DNA of 64,000 bases from a bacterium (GCA_963692865.2 OY843592.1:896001-960000); one strand, 5' to 3'; shown: positions 21,185 through 32,215, counted from the stretch's first letter. The notes: a model not told the origin generated them from the sequence alone. Made by a program: numbers and translations.

Positions 21185-23056
21185 TTGACTGATTACGCAT
21201 ACGCAGGAGAAATCCTCCGGGTCGATCTCTCGAGCGGGAAGGCCTGGGGCGAGAAGTTCGAAGCCGCCGACCGCAGGAAATGGGTGGGCGGCGCAGGGTT
21301 GGGCGCCAAGATTCTGTGGGATGAAGTGCCGCCCGAGGTGGGTTGGGATCATCCCGAGAACCGGCTCGTTCTGGCCACGGGCCCTCTGGCCGGTTTGCCG
21401 GTCTGGGGAACGGGCGGGCTTACCGTGGTGACGCGGGGCGCGATGACGGGCGGCGCGACCAACACCCAGGCGAACGGGTTTTTCGGCGCGAATCTCAAAT
21501 ACTGCGGCTATGACGCCATCGTGTTCCAAGGAGAATCGCCCGATTGGGTCTATCTCCACATCCGCGACGACGGGGTGGAGCTTCGCGACGCCGCCGGGTT
21601 GCTGGGCAAGGACACCTGGGAGACGCAGCAATCGCTCGAGAACGCCTTGAACCTGAGCGGGCATAACCTGAGCGTCTACAGCATCGGGCCCGCGGGGGAG
21701 AGCCTCGTGCGCTTCGCCGCCATACAGGGCGACTACGGCCACGTGGCGAGCAAGAACGGCTGCGGCGCCGTCATGGGCAAGAAAAAGGTGAAGGCGGTGG
21801 CCATCGAACGCGGAACGAAGGCGGTCGCCGCCGCCCATCCCAAGGCGCTCTTCGCGGCGGCGGACGATATCGCCCACAGCCTGCAGACCGACCCCTCCAC
21901 CAAGGGGTTGTACCTCTACGGCACCCTGGGCGGCGTGCGGAACCTGCAGGGCATGGGGGCGCTGCCGATCCAGAACTACACGACCAACGTGTGGCCCGAG
22001 GAAGTCGAAACGCAAAAATGGGAGGCGAACGGCCTGCGCGAGGGCTTCGACCACCGGGGCCATCAGTGCAGCGCGTGCGGCATGCACCATTGCCACATGC
22101 AGGTCATCGCCTCGGGCCCCTACAAGGGACAGGTCGTGGACGAACCGGAGTACGAGGGTTGGTCGGGCGCGGGCTGGACGATTGGCGCCACCGATCCGCA
22201 GCAGGTCACCTGGATGAACACCCAGCTCGATCGCGCCTGCGTGGACGTGAACGAGTTCGGCTGGCTCTGCGGCTGGGTGATGGAGTGCCAGCAAAAAGGC
22301 TACATCACGGACCAGGACCTGGGCTTCCGCCTGGAGTGGGGCGACATCGACGGGGCCAACAGGCTGCTCGAGATGATCTGCAAGCGCGAGGGCATGGGCG
22401 ACCTCCTGGCGGAGGGCACGAAGCTCGCGGCGGAGAAACTCGGCGGCGAGGCGAAGGATTGCGCCATTTATACGGAGGTAGGCAATTCCCCGAGAGGGCA
22501 CGATCACCGCTCCCGGTGGGAGGAGATGATCGATACCTGCACGGGTTCGGGCGGAACGATGGATACGGCTCCCCCGGTGTTCCCGACGGATTACGGCCTG
22601 CCCGCGCGCGTGCATCCCCAGGACGCGGAGGCGGTGCCCAGGCACGTGGGCGGCCTCAGGGGACGCCGCGCGTATGAGGATTCCCTGGGGGCGTGCGTTT
22701 TTACTACGCGCGCGCCGATGGACGTCTTGTGCCGCTCCATCCAGGCGGCTACCGGGTGGGACGTGGACAAGGATGAGGCGATGCAGACCGGCCGGCGCAT
22801 CAACGCCTTGATGCGCGCGTTCAACCTGCGTTGCGGCATCGGCCCCGAGGTCGAGAAGCCGTCCAGGCGATACGGCTCCACGCCGGTGGATGGGCCGATA
22901 GCGGGCGTCTCGATAATGGATCAGTGGGAGAAGATGCTCGATATCTGGTACGAGACGGCCGGTTACGACAGGGAGACGGGCCGCCCCAATCCCGAGCTTT
23001 TGCGCGAACTCGATCTGGAAGATGTCGCCGAAGCCTTGTGGGGGGCGAACGCATAA
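21185..23056 (+). CDS. Aldehyde:ferredoxin oxidoreductase (tungstopterin AOR family)
   Basis: YAGEILRVDLS, IGPAGE, GAVMGKKKVKA, C..C...C, EPEYE; AGGAGG RBS before TTG. Confidence 0.93.
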   Translation: MTDYAYAGEILRVDLSSGKAWGEKFEAADRRKWVGGAGLGAKILWDEVPPEVGWDHPENRLVLATGPLAGLPVWGTGGLTVVTRGAMTGGATNTQANGFFGANLKYCGYDAIVFQGESPDWVYLHIRDDGVELRDAAGLLGKDTWETQQSLENALNLSGHNLSVYSIGPAGESLVRFAAIQGDYGHVASKNGCGAVMGKKKVKAVAIERGTKAVAAAHPKALFAAADDIAHSLQTDPSTKGLYLYGTLGGVRNLQGMGALPIQNYTTNVWPEEVETQKWEANGLREGFDHRGHQCSACGMHHCHMQVIASGPYKGQVVDEPEYEGWSGAGWTIGATDPQQVTWMNTQLDRACVDVNEFGWLCGWVMECQQKGYITDQDLGFRLEWGDIDGANRLLEMICKREGMGDLLAEGTKLAAEKLGGEAKDCAIYTEVGNSPRGHDHRSRWEEMIDTCTGSGGTMDTAPPVFPTDYGLPARVHPQDAEAVPRHVGGLRGRRAYEDSLGACVFTTRAPMDVLCRSIQAATGWDVDKDEAMQTGRRINALMRAFNLRCGIGPEVEKPSRRYGSTPVDGPIAGVSIMDQWEKMLDIWYETAGYDRETGRPNPELLRELDLEDVAEALWGANA

Positions 23057-23084
23057 CCCACCCTGGATTCGGAGGAAGGCGCCC

Positions 23085-23411
23085 GTGAGCGAGACGAAAA
23101 GCGTCAAGGGAATCCGCGTCCGGCTGGAGTTCATCTCCTGGGCGTCGACGTTCGTGGGCGGTGACGGGAACGAACGCAAGATTTTCGATGTGGAAGTGCC
23201 CGAAGGCGCCACGCTCCGGGACGTCCTCAAAAAGATGAGCAGCCGGTATCGCTCTCTGGACGAGGCGCTTTGGCACAACGGCACCGGCGAGTTGGCCGAA
23301 CACCTCGAAATTGCCGTGAACGATGCGCTCCTGGGAATCCATCACAAGCTGGATTCCGAGATGAAAGAGGGCGATCTCATCCTCCTGATGGGTCAATACA
23401 TGGGCGGATGA
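23085..23411 (+). CDS. MoaD/ThiS family sulfur carrier
   Basis: Ubiquitin-like fold (VPEGATLRDVL, IAVN, EGD) ending in GG; last gene of the AOR operon. Confidence 0.88.
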   Translation: MSETKSVKGIRVRLEFISWASTFVGGDGNERKIFDVEVPEGATLRDVLKKMSSRYRSLDEALWHNGTGELAEHLEIAVNDALLGIHHKLDSEMKEGDLILLMGQYMGG

Positions 23412-23432
23412 GCGCGACACCCGGCCTGGAGG

Positions 23433-24042
23433 GGGGTTGCTGAAAAAGTCCTCATTTCGTGATTCGGCGTATATAGCCGACAGGGGACAGCGGAAACTTT
23501 ACTCCTCCATTACAGAGCGCCAACCAACCACTCCCCCCTTGAGGGTTGTTGAAAAAACCCCTCCTTCCTCCGAGTTGACTACCGCCGTCATTCCGGCGAA
23601 AGCCGGAATCCAGAGCCGAGGAGAATGGCGACGCTCCGGTTTTTCATCCCCTACTCATTGACGGGAATCCAGAAGAAATAAACAAAAACAAAAGCAAAGT
23701 CCCTGGATTCCGGCATGCGCCGGAATGACGATCAAACCCCGTCCCGATCGTTCTCCCCCTGCCTTTATGGGGTTTCCCTCTCAAAGGGGTTGCCTTTACC
23801 CTGTCAGGGGGTAAAGGCGATGCCCCCGATGAGGGGGGTGGAAGAAAAGCCCCCCTGATAGGGGGTGCTGAAAAAGTCCTTTCCGCCTCATCCTGAGTAG
23901 CGGCGAAGCCGCGTATCGAAGGATGCCCTCTCGCCCCGACGGAGGCGTTCGATTCCCCTCGTCCTTCGATACGCCGCCTCCGGCGGCTACTCAGGGTGAG
24001 GGAAGAGGCGTTGGCGGTTTGCGGGACTTTTTCAACAACCCC
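23433..24042. mobile_element. Stacked TIR-bounded composite repeat, copy C
   Basis: Left-type ends at 23433, 23542 and 23861, one right end at 24042; contains half a CACTCCCCCC module, a GTCATTCCGGCG pair (23586-23730) and a CTCATCCTGAG pair (23886-24001). Confidence 0.75.
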
Positions 24043-24139
24043 TGGAGAGGGCGTTTTCGCTCCCGGTTATCTCCGTCAGGATTCGTTGATCAAGCAGGTA
24101 ATCTTCCGGTATTCGTGCTCGCGTGAAGAAAACGCTCCG

Positions 24140-24604
24140 CTAGAGCGGGTGATCCGGGTCGAGCATTCCCAGAAATTCAGCGCAGCGTTTCGCCTCGGCG
24201 GATTCTCCGATGGCGTCGGCGCATTGTCCCAATCCATGAATGGCGCGCAAAAACGGCCGATTGGCGGGAATTTCCCAGGGAATGCGCCCCTCGCCGCGCC
24301 AGCCCGACCCGCGGGCCTTGTCCAGCCCCCTGTGGTAGGCGACCCGGAAGTAGGCGTATGCGGTAATCGTCTCTTCGTTTGCGAGCGCAATCCGCCCCAT
24401 GGCCACCCAGCCGGATAATGCGTCCGGTTGGCGCGCCACGAGACTTTGCAGTTTCTCCATAGATGGCCCGCGGTTATCGTCGCTCAATAAAATTTCATCG
24501 CACATTGAATCCAGGATACGGAGTTCTTCCGGCTCGGGCGGTAGCGACGTCCTGGGAATCCCCTCCGGGGAGATATCGAGCAAATCGTCGGTTTCATTCG
24601 GCAT
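24140..24604 (-). CDS. DUF3151-like protein
   Basis: AYAYFRVAYHRGLD..RGSGWRGEG.IPW...NRPFLRA...IGE..EA.RC..FL...DP matches the DUF3151 pattern as I recall it. Confidence 0.8.
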   Translation of the reverse strand: MPNETDDLLDISPEGIPRTSLPPEPEELRILDSMCDEILLSDDNRGPSMEKLQSLVARQPDALSGWVAMGRIALANEETITAYAYFRVAYHRGLDKARGSGWRGEGRIPWEIPANRPFLRAIHGLGQCADAIGESAEAKRCAEFLGMLDPDHPL

Positions 24605-24680
24605 GATGAAATCCTTTACCTGGGGGTTTCGGATTGCCAGTATAACTGTCGCGTCATGGTGGGGCATTCGGCTTTCGGGA

Positions 24681-24709
24681 TTGACGCCCCCGAGCCTGTT
24701 TGTTAGCTT
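24681..24709 (+). promoter_or_regulatory. Putative sigma70 promoter for glyA
   Basis: TTGACG-17 bp-TAGCTT. Confidence 0.5.
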
Positions 24710-24771
24710 CCACCCGCCGGAGAAATTCCGCACCATTCCCCACGCCTGAAAAAAGTCTGGAGGTTCCACCG

Positions 24772-26028
24772 ATGTCGTCGGCACTTGCGCTTAGAGATCC
24801 CGATATTTTCGCCGCCATGGAAGATGAAAGACACCGCCAGGCGGACGAGCTCGAACTCATCGCCTCGGAGAACTACGTGAGCAAGGCGGTGATGGAAGCG
24901 GTGGGCGGCGTGATGACGAACAAGTATGCGGAGGGGTTTCCGGGCAGGCGGTACTATGGCGGGTGCCAGTACGTGGACGTGGCCGAATCCCTCGCCATCG
25001 AGCGGGCGAAGGTTCTTTTCGGCATGGATCACGCCTCCGTGCAGCCGCACAGCGGCGCCCAGGCGAACGCCGCGGTGTATTACGGGCTGCTGGAGCCGGG
25101 CGATACGCTCCTAGGGATGAACCTTTCGCATGGAGGCCACCTCACCCACGGCCACCCCGTCACTTTCTCGGGCCGCTGGTTCAAGGTGGTGTCCTATGGC
25201 GTGGACCCCGAGAACCACGTCATCGATTTCGATGAAGTGGAAAGCCAAGCGAAGGAACACCGGCCCAAAATCATCGTCGTAGGAGCGAGCGCGTATCCGC
25301 GAGCCATCGATTATGCGCGCTTCAGGGAGATTGCGGATGAGGTGGGCGCCGTGGTGATGGCGGACATCGCCCACGTCGCGGGGCTTATCGCCGGTGGCGT
25401 CCATTCGAATCCCGCGGGCCACGCGCAGATCGTCACCACCACGACGCACAAGACGCTCAGGGGTCCTCGCGGCGGCATGATTCTCTGCGACGAGGACTAC
25501 GCGGCGCAAATGAACAAGGCCGTTTTCCCCGGGATGCAGGGCGGGCCGTTGATGCACGTCGTCGCAGCCAAGGCGGTTGCGTTAAAAGAAGCGAGCACGC
25601 CCGGGTTCAAGACCTATGCGGCGCAGATTGTAAAGAACACGCAGGCGCTCGCGGACGCGCTCCTGGCGCGCGGCATCCATCTCGTCTCGGGCGGCACGGA
25701 CAATCACCTGATACTCCTGGATTTGCGCGAGGCCGGCTTCAGCGGGAAAAAGGCGGAAGCCGCCCTGGGCCAGGCGGGAATCACGGTGAACAAGAACGCG
25801 ATTCCTTTCGACACCAGAAAGCCGGCGTTCACGAGCGGAATTCGCGTCGGGACGCCCGCGTTGACCTCGCGCCGCATGAAAGAGGCGGAGATGCAAATCG
25901 TGGGTGGCTGGATAGCCGACGTGCTGGCGGATATCACGGATGAGGCTCGCATCGCCTCGGTGCGAGAAGACGTCCGCTCGCTTTGCGAGAAATTCCCGAT
26001 GGGAGAGGACGGGGCCAGACCGGAGTAG
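24772..26028 (+). CDS. glyA: Serine hydroxymethyltransferase
   Basis: [42 protein letters not shown]. Confidence 0.98.
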   Translation: MSSALALRDPDIFAAMEDERHRQADELELIASENYVSKAVMEAVGGVMTNKYAEGFPGRRYYGGCQYVDVAESLAIERAKVLFGMDHASVQPHSGAQANAAVYYGLLEPGDTLLGMNLSHGGHLTHGHPVTFSGRWFKVVSYGVDPENHVIDFDEVESQAKEHRPKIIVVGASAYPRAIDYARFREIADEVGAVVMADIAHVAGLIAGGVHSNPAGHAQIVTTTTHKTLRGPRGGMILCDEDYAAQMNKAVFPGMQGGPLMHVVAAKAVALKEASTPGFKTYAAQIVKNTQALADALLARGIHLVSGGTDNHLILLDLREAGFSGKKAEAALGQAGITVNKNAIPFDTRKPAFTSGIRVGTPALTSRRMKEAEMQIVGGWIADVLADITDEARIASVREDVRSLCEKFPMGEDGARPE

Positions 26029-26042
26029 AGTGCGCCTCCGGG

Positions 26043-27455
26043 CTATAGAGGCGGCCTTTCCACCTTCACGATTCCCTTTTGTTCGAGTTGATGCGTAAAC
26101 GCCAGCGTGTGGTGGTCCGCAAAGGGCGCGCCCATGATTTGCGCTCCAAGCGGCAGACCCTCCTCGCTCATGCCTGCGGGAAAGGCCGTGGCCGGTCCAC
26201 CGAGGAAATTCCAAAGCCTCGTGAGAGAAGTCATGATCGTTCGAATGTCGATTTCCCTGCCCCGAATAGATTCTGACGACTGAGAACGCAAGACGGCGGG
26301 AATGGGAGTGGTGGCGGAGAGAACGAGGTCCACCCGAGCGAACACTTCTTTGCATATTCGCTTCGCCCACTGCTCCCTGAATCGAAGCGCCTGGATGTAC
26401 GATGTGGCGGGGATGAAAAACCCGGGCCTGATTCTCCCCAGGACGCCCGGGTCGAAATCTTTCGCGTTCTCCCGCACGTTTTTCTCATGCACGGCAGCCG
26501 CTTCCGCCACCATCAGCACAGAAGCCGCGTGAGAAGCGAGTTCGATATCGGGTATTTCAATTTCGACGACATCGGCGCCCGCTTCCCGAATCGTCCTGGC
26601 CAACCCCTCCACCGCTTCCGCCACGGGAGGTTCGGAGCGTTGCTCGTAGTAGTCGCGCGCATGGCCGATCCGGAAATCCTCGATGGGTTTGCCCAGCGCG
26701 CCCATGAAATCGGGTGGTTCTGCGGCGATGGACGAAGCGTCGGCAGGGTCGCGCCCGGCGATGGCGGACATCATGAGCGCGCAGTCCCGGGCGGACCTCG
26801 CCAATGGCCCGAACGAATCGAGCGACCACGACAAGGGCGCGCAGTTCGACTTCGTGACCATCCCGAACGTGGGTTTGTGTCCGATGACGCCGCACAATGA
26901 TGCTGGAATCCGGATGGAGCCGCCGGTGTCGGAACCGATGGCGATGGAAACCTGCTCCGTCGCCACGCTGTTGCCCGATCCGCCGCTCGATCCGCCCGTG
27001 ATCCGCTCGGTATCCCAGGGGTTTTTCTGATCCCCGTAGTGGGGATTGTGTCCGGTGGGGCCGAATGCGAATTCATGCAGGTTGAGTTTTCCGAGTATCA
27101 CGCCGCCCGCCCGGCGAATCTTCCGGGCCAGCAGGGCGTCGGCGTCCGGGGTGTTCCGTTTGTCGATAATGCTGCCCGCCGTGGTGGGCAGGCCTTTCAT
27201 GTCGATCAGGTCTTTCAGGCCTATCGGCGCGCCGGCCATGGGGCCCGGGTCTTCGCCTCGGGCGATGGCGGCGTCCGTTTCCCGCGCCGCCTTCAGGGCG
27301 CCTTCTGAATCGATCTTGATCCAGGAGTTCAATTGCGGACCGATTTTCTCCGAACGCTCCAGGTGCGCCTCGGCGACTTCGATGGCGCTGACGGTTCTTT
27401 CTTTGATTTGCGCGACGATTTCAGAGGCGGTGAGTTTCGTGAGGTCGTTCGTCAA
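26043..27455 (-). CDS. Amidase signature family enzyme (GatA/AtzE-like)
   Basis: GLKDL, GGSSGGS, GSDTGGSIRIPAS. Confidence 0.93.
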   Translation of the reverse strand: MTNDLTKLTASEIVAQIKERTVSAIEVAEAHLERSEKIGPQLNSWIKIDSEGALKAARETDAAIARGEDPGPMAGAPIGLKDLIDMKGLPTTAGSIIDKRNTPDADALLARKIRRAGGVILGKLNLHEFAFGPTGHNPHYGDQKNPWDTERITGGSSGGSGNSVATEQVSIAIGSDTGGSIRIPASLCGVIGHKPTFGMVTKSNCAPLSWSLDSFGPLARSARDCALMMSAIAGRDPADASSIAAEPPDFMGALGKPIEDFRIGHARDYYEQRSEPPVAEAVEGLARTIREAGADVVEIEIPDIELASHAASVLMVAEAAAVHEKNVRENAKDFDPGVLGRIRPGFFIPATSYIQALRFREQWAKRICKEVFARVDLVLSATTPIPAVLRSQSSESIRGREIDIRTIMTSLTRLWNFLGGPATAFPAGMSEEGLPLGAQIMGAPFADHHTLAFTHQLEQKGIVKVERPPL

Positions 27456-27456
27456 T

Positions 27457-27657
27457 TTATTTCTCCCCCGCGAGGTAGCGCAGGAATCCGGCGTGTCCGG
27501 CAGGCTCCGTTGTTGAGGAGAGATGCTCCAGCAATTGTGGATGTCTTTTTTCGAGGATTCCCAAGGCGGCGCTTATAAACGCGCGCTCTTCCTGGTCGAG
27601 AGAGTCTCCGAATACATCGTCACATCGAGATTTTAGTGAATCGTCTGAAATCGACAT
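27457..27657 (-). CDS. Small protein coupled to the amidase (possible GatC/AtzG-like partner)
   Basis: 66 aa, ends 1 bp before the amidase start, contains L....EPA near the C-terminus. Confidence 0.55.
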   Translation of the reverse strand: MSISDDSLKSRCDDVFGDSLDQEERAFISAALGILEKRHPQLLEHLSSTTEPAGHAGFLRYLAGEK

Positions 27658-27888
27658 TCTTTCTCCTGGCGAACGAGGGTAATGCGTGAACCCGATGTCT
27701 CACCGATTCATTCGTGAATAGCCCCATGATGCGTTGTCTCAACCGGCATTGCAATCGAAACAGCGGAATGTCGTCGATAACGGCTTGAGAGTGTTGGGAG
27801 GGCATTCATTTTTTCATGGTTGCCTCCGCTCAAGTCAAAAGGCAAAATAGAGAGAGTTTTTGTTTCAATTCGCCCTCCAGGGGAACTC

Positions 27889-28536
27889 GTGAGTAAATTC
27901 ACCAGGTTCATGTTCATGATCGCATTGTTGCCTTTATGGGTGAATGGGTGCGTGCCCGCGGCGGTGGTGGTCGCCCAGAAGGGCATAAAGAGCGCATTCG
28001 AGGACCGTTCCCTCAGCTGGCAGGTTGAGGATGCGAAAATACATGCGAACCTTCTGCAAGAGTATGTGCGCGTCGATAGCGGCCTGCCGGTGGACGTGAA
28101 CACGGACGTGTGGGAAGGAAGGGTGTTGTTGACCGGAATGGTGGATTCGGAGAAAAAACGAGACGCCGTTTTAAGCATTACGCGGGGCGACCCCAGAATC
28201 AAAGCCGTCTACGATCATATCCTAATCGGTGCTTCACCCGAGGTGGCGCGCAACCGCGAAGAGGCGAAGACGCCGAAGGCCGAGGAGCGCGATATCGTCA
28301 AGGTCAGCCGCATCGCCAGTGATGCGTGGATAGAGGCCAAACTCAAAGCCCAGTTCCTGGCGGCCGAGGGCGTAAGTTCCGTGAATTATCGCTGGCAGTC
28401 CGTGCGAAACAAGGTATACATCATCGGTCGGGCAAGGACGGGGGGCGAAAAGAAACTGGTCCTCCAGATAATTCGCGAAACGAAGGGCGTGATTCATCTC
28501 GAAGAATATATTCAGGTAAAACCGATTCGAAAATAA
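27889..28536 (+). CDS. BON-domain lipoprotein (DolP/OsmY-like)
   Basis: Lipobox VNGC; two BON repeats (D..I...L, GRVLLTG; DAWIEAKLKA, VYIIG). Confidence 0.88.
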   Translation: MSKFTRFMFMIALLPLWVNGCVPAAVVVAQKGIKSAFEDRSLSWQVEDAKIHANLLQEYVRVDSGLPVDVNTDVWEGRVLLTGMVDSEKKRDAVLSITRGDPRIKAVYDHILIGASPEVARNREEAKTPKAEERDIVKVSRIASDAWIEAKLKAQFLAAEGVSSVNYRWQSVRNKVYIIGRARTGGEKKLVLQIIRETKGVIHLEEYIQVKPIRK

Positions 28537-28574
28537 AATTCCTGAAAATTTCCTTTCAAGTGGTTCTCGAATAG

Positions 28575-29588
28575 ATGATTCGTTTGAGTGTTTTGGATCA
28601 ATCTCCCATACGCTCGGGAGGCACGGCGGCGGACGCCATCGGTGAGACCGTCGAGTTGGCGCAAATCGCCGAGCGTCTGGGCTATCATCGCTATTGGCTG
28701 GCGGAACACCACAGCCACGGGGCGTTCGCGGGCACGTCGCCTGAAATTCTGATCGGCCGGATCGCCGCGACGACGGAGACGATTCGCGTGGGGTCGGGCG
28801 GAGTCATGCTCAGTCACTACAGCGCGCTCAAGGTGGCCGAGTCGTTCCGGGTGCTGGAAACGCTCTACCCGGGGCGCATCGATTTGGGTTTGGGCCGCGC
28901 CCCCGGGGCCGACAGACTCACGTCTGCGGCTTTGGCGCCCGAGCAGAGTGGTTTTCGCTACGACGATTTCCCGCAAAAAGTTTCTGACCTTAGAGGCTGG
29001 GTTGAAGGGTCGTTGCCGGGGGATCATCCCTTCGCCCGGATAAGCGCCATGCCCGCCGGAGAGACGGCGCCCGAGATGTGGCTCCTGGGAACCTCGGATC
29101 AAAGCGCGATCCTCGCCGCTCATTTTGGCTGCGCGTTTTCTTTCGCGCATTTCATCAACACGTATGGCAGCGTCCAGGTCATGGATATGTACCGCAGGGA
29201 TTTTCGGCCGTCGGCCAGATGCAAAGCGCCTACGGGGAGTCTTGCGGTTTTCGTGATTTGCGCGCCGAGCGAAGAAGAAGCGCTCTACCACGCGGCCAGC
29301 AGGCCTCTGGTGATGCTCAGGAGCCGCCGAGGCGAGGGAGGCGGCGTGCCCACGCCCGAGGAGGCGCTCGCCTACCCGTGGACGAACATGGAGCGCGCCT
29401 TCGCTCAGGATATCGACAGCAGAACCATCGCGGGAGATCCGGAGCAGGTCAAGAAAAGGCTCGAAGCACTGGCTTCCGAGCACGAGGTCGATGAACTCGT
29501 CATCGTGAACGTGATGCACAGCTTCGAGGCCCGGGTGAAATCCTACGAACTCCTGGCGGAGGTTTTCGGGTTGGAAGGAAACCTCTAA
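28575..29588 (+). CDS. LLM-class flavin-dependent oxidoreductase (luciferase-like group 1)
   Basis: LSVLDQSP, RYWLAEHH, IRVGSGGVML, PGRIDLGLGRAPG. Confidence 0.93.
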   Translation: MIRLSVLDQSPIRSGGTAADAIGETVELAQIAERLGYHRYWLAEHHSHGAFAGTSPEILIGRIAATTETIRVGSGGVMLSHYSALKVAESFRVLETLYPGRIDLGLGRAPGADRLTSAALAPEQSGFRYDDFPQKVSDLRGWVEGSLPGDHPFARISAMPAGETAPEMWLLGTSDQSAILAAHFGCAFSFAHFINTYGSVQVMDMYRRDFRPSARCKAPTGSLAVFVICAPSEEEALYHAASRPLVMLRSRRGEGGGVPTPEEALAYPWTNMERAFAQDIDSRTIAGDPEQVKKRLEALASEHEVDELVIVNVMHSFEARVKSYELLAEVFGLEGNL

Positions 29589-29710
29589 GGCCTTAGACCC
29601 GAAAGAATGGTTCTGCTACGCTTCGCTGACAAACATGAGATTCATTTTCCGCTCACTCGTGAGCGACGATGTGCCTTGTGTTCACTTATATACTACTCAA
29701 GGAGTTATTC

Positions 29711-30208
29711 ATGGCGCTTTCCGCAGTAATCACGACGAGCCGTGGCGAGATACGGCTCGATTTGCACGAAGACAAGGCGCCCGTAACGGTGGCCAGTTTC
29801 GTGAACCTCTCCCGGCGGGGCTTCTACGACGGTCTGATTTTTCACCGCGTGATCCCTGATTTCATGATTCAGGGCGGCTGTCCTTTGGGCTCGGGAACGG
29901 GTGGTCCCGGCTACAAATTCGAAGACGAGTGCTCTCCCGACCTTCCCCATGACGGCCCGGGCGTTCTTTCGATGGCGAATGCGGGCCCTGGCACCAACGG
30001 CTCCCAGTTTTTCATCACGCACGTGCCCACCGCCTGGCTCGACGGGAACCACACCGTTTTTGGCCGAGTCACTTCCGGGCAGGACGTGGTGGATGCGATT
30101 GAGCAGGGTGACGGGATTGATAAAATCGAGATCGAAGGCGACGCCTCAGAGTTGCTCGAAGCGCAAAAAGACAGGATTACAGAGTGGAACAAGGCGCTGG
30201 ATGGTTAG
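29711..30208 (+). CDS. Cyclophilin-type peptidyl-prolyl isomerase
   Basis: [41 protein letters not shown]. Confidence 0.96.
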   Translation: MALSAVITTSRGEIRLDLHEDKAPVTVASFVNLSRRGFYDGLIFHRVIPDFMIQGGCPLGSGTGGPGYKFEDECSPDLPHDGPGVLSMANAGPGTNGSQFFITHVPTAWLDGNHTVFGRVTSGQDVVDAIEQGDGIDKIEIEGDASELLEAQKDRITEWNKALDG

Positions 30209-30212
30209 GATA

Positions 30213-32018
30213 TTAAGCGTGTTTTCTGGCCTTTAGTTCCGTTCTACGCAATCGGAAGATTTCAGGGGTTACTTCCAGACATTCACCCTCGCGCAGGAAT
30301 TCGAGCGCTTCTTCCAGGCTGAATCGCTTGGGCGGGATGAGTTGAGCGGATATGTCGGCGTGGGCTGCCCGGATGTTGGTGAGTTTCTTCTCCTTCGAGA
30401 TGTTCACGAACATGTCCTGTTCGCGGTTGTTCTCGCCGATGATCATTCCTTCATAGACTTCTTCTGTAGGCGCGACGAAAAGAGTTCCGCGCTCTTGGAT
30501 GTTTTCCACCGCGTATGACGTGGTTTTGCCCGCGCGGTCCGATATCAATGCGCCCGTCGTTCTGCCCGGAAGCTCGCCCGCCCATTCACTCCACCCAGCG
30601 AAAATGTGGGTGAGTATACCTGTTCCCCGTGTCTGGGTGAGGAATTCGTTACGATAGCCGATGAGGCCCCGGCTGGGGATGGAAAAATCGAGCCGCGCGC
30701 GCCCTTTGCCGTGGTTGATCATCCTGGTCATTTTCCCTTTGCGCGCGCCCATGCTCTGCGTGACGGCGCCGATGAATTCTTCCGGAACGTCCACCACCAC
30801 GTTTTCCATGGGCTCCAGGGTCTTGCCGCCTTCTTTACGCGTAATGACCTCGGGCCGGCCGACGGTGAGCTCGTATAGTTCGCGCCTGAGTTGCTCGATC
30901 AGCACGGCGAGTTGCAAAGAACCTCGTCCGGATACGCGTAAGGCGTCCGCAGTATTGGTCTCCTCGACTTTGATGGCTACATTATTTCTTGCCTCTCGCT
31001 GGAGCCGCTCTCGAATCTGACGCGAAGTGAGGTATTTCCCACTGCGACCCGCCAGGGGGGTATCGTTGATTCTGAAATTCATGGCGATAGTGGGTTCATC
31101 TACAGTAATGGCGGGCAGCGCAACCGGGTTGTCCACATCCGCGATGGTGTCCCCGATTTCCAGGTGCTCTAAGCCGGCTATTGCAACGATATCGCCGCCG
31201 CGTGCTTCTTCCATTTGGTAGCGACTCAATCCTTCATAACCGAATATAGAAACGATCTCCCCTTTCGTCTTTCTCTCCTCGCTCCCCAAAACCAAAGCTT
31301 GGGTCTTTGATTTTAGTTGTCCATTCCAAATTCGGCCGATGGAGAGACGGCCCACGTAATTATCGTATTCAAGGCGGGAGACGAGCATCTGAAGTGGTTT
31401 GTCTGCGTCGTATGAGGGTGGTGGTATCGTGTTCTCAAGGGTATGAAACAAGGGCTCCAGAGTTGGAGAGAGCTCGCCGGGTTCGGAACCGACCCTGCCC
31501 TCCCGCGCAACGGCGTAGAGCACGGGAAAATCGAGTTGGGCTTCACTAGCGTCCAGATCGATGAACAGATCGTAGATTTCGTCGAGTACTTGTTCCGGTC
31601 TTGCATCTGAGCGGTCGATTTTGTTGATGACGACGACGAAGGGGAGTTCTTGCTCCAGTGCCTTGCCGACGACGAACCGCGTCTGCGGCAGGGGGCCTTC
31701 CGAAGCGTCGACTAATAGCATCACGCCATCCACCATCAAGAGGACGCGCTCCACCTCGCCGCCGAAATCCGCATGACCCGGTGTGTCGACGATGTTGTAG
31801 CGTATTCCGTTAAAATCGATGGCGCAGTTTTTCGCCATGATGGTGATACCCTTCTCACGCTCGAGATCCATCGAATCGAGTACGCGCTCCGCCACTGCTT
31901 GCCCCTCGCGGAAGATGCCGCTTTGCCAGAGCATGGCGTCCACGATGGTGGTTTTGCCATGATCAACGTGGGCGATGATAGCGAGATTTCTCAGGTCGGT
32001 TCGTTGCACGATAGCCAT
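30213..32018 (-). CDS. typA: Translational GTPase TypA/BipA
   Basis: [42 protein letters not shown]. Confidence 0.97.
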   Translation of the reverse strand: MAIVQRTDLRNLAIIAHVDHGKTTIVDAMLWQSGIFREGQAVAERVLDSMDLEREKGITIMAKNCAIDFNGIRYNIVDTPGHADFGGEVERVLLMVDGVMLLVDASEGPLPQTRFVVGKALEQELPFVVVINKIDRSDARPEQVLDEIYDLFIDLDASEAQLDFPVLYAVAREGRVGSEPGELSPTLEPLFHTLENTIPPPSYDADKPLQMLVSRLEYDNYVGRLSIGRIWNGQLKSKTQALVLGSEERKTKGEIVSIFGYEGLSRYQMEEARGGDIVAIAGLEHLEIGDTIADVDNPVALPAITVDEPTIAMNFRINDTPLAGRSGKYLTSRQIRERLQREARNNVAIKVEETNTADALRVSGRGSLQLAVLIEQLRRELYELTVGRPEVITRKEGGKTLEPMENVVVDVPEEFIGAVTQSMGARKGKMTRMINHGKGRARLDFSIPSRGLIGYRNEFLTQTRGTGILTHIFAGWSEWAGELPGRTTGALISDRAGKTTSYAVENIQERGTLFVAPTEEVYEGMIIGENNREQDMFVNISKEKKLTNIRAAHADISAQLIPPKRFSLEEALEFLREGECLEVTPEIFRLRRTELKARKHA

Positions 32019-32215
32019 TTTGTCCTCGTAAAATATGACGCGACGCTCGGGAATGCGCCCAAAGCGCGGGGATAATGTAGGAATCGGGAGGCGATGACAA
32101 GTGGAGGAAGGTTTTGTTTTTAAGTGCAGGATGCTGGAAATTCATAAATAGGATAAGATGGCCGGCGGATTCCTGAATTTCCTATCCACACTTTAATTGG
32201 GAGGGGGAACTCGCC

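Noticed and set aside
20897-23284. Long antisense ORFs (also 4071..5774, 43783..45930, 50456..52339, 52336..54438)
   Set aside because: Shadow ORFs opposite well-supported genes, with no motifs
23941-23970. tRNA T-arm-like string GAGGCGTTCGATTCCCCTC
   Set aside because: No acceptor stem, D arm or anticodon arm; it is the spacer of a CTCATCCTGAG hairpin pair
24710-24771. ZTP or glycine riboswitch upstream of glyA
   Set aside because: The leader after the predicted promoter is only about 60 nt and lacks the recognisable consensus motifs
26043-27455. Calling the amidase gatA
   Set aside because: No gatB alongside and no GatA-specific motifs recognised; kept as a generic amidase
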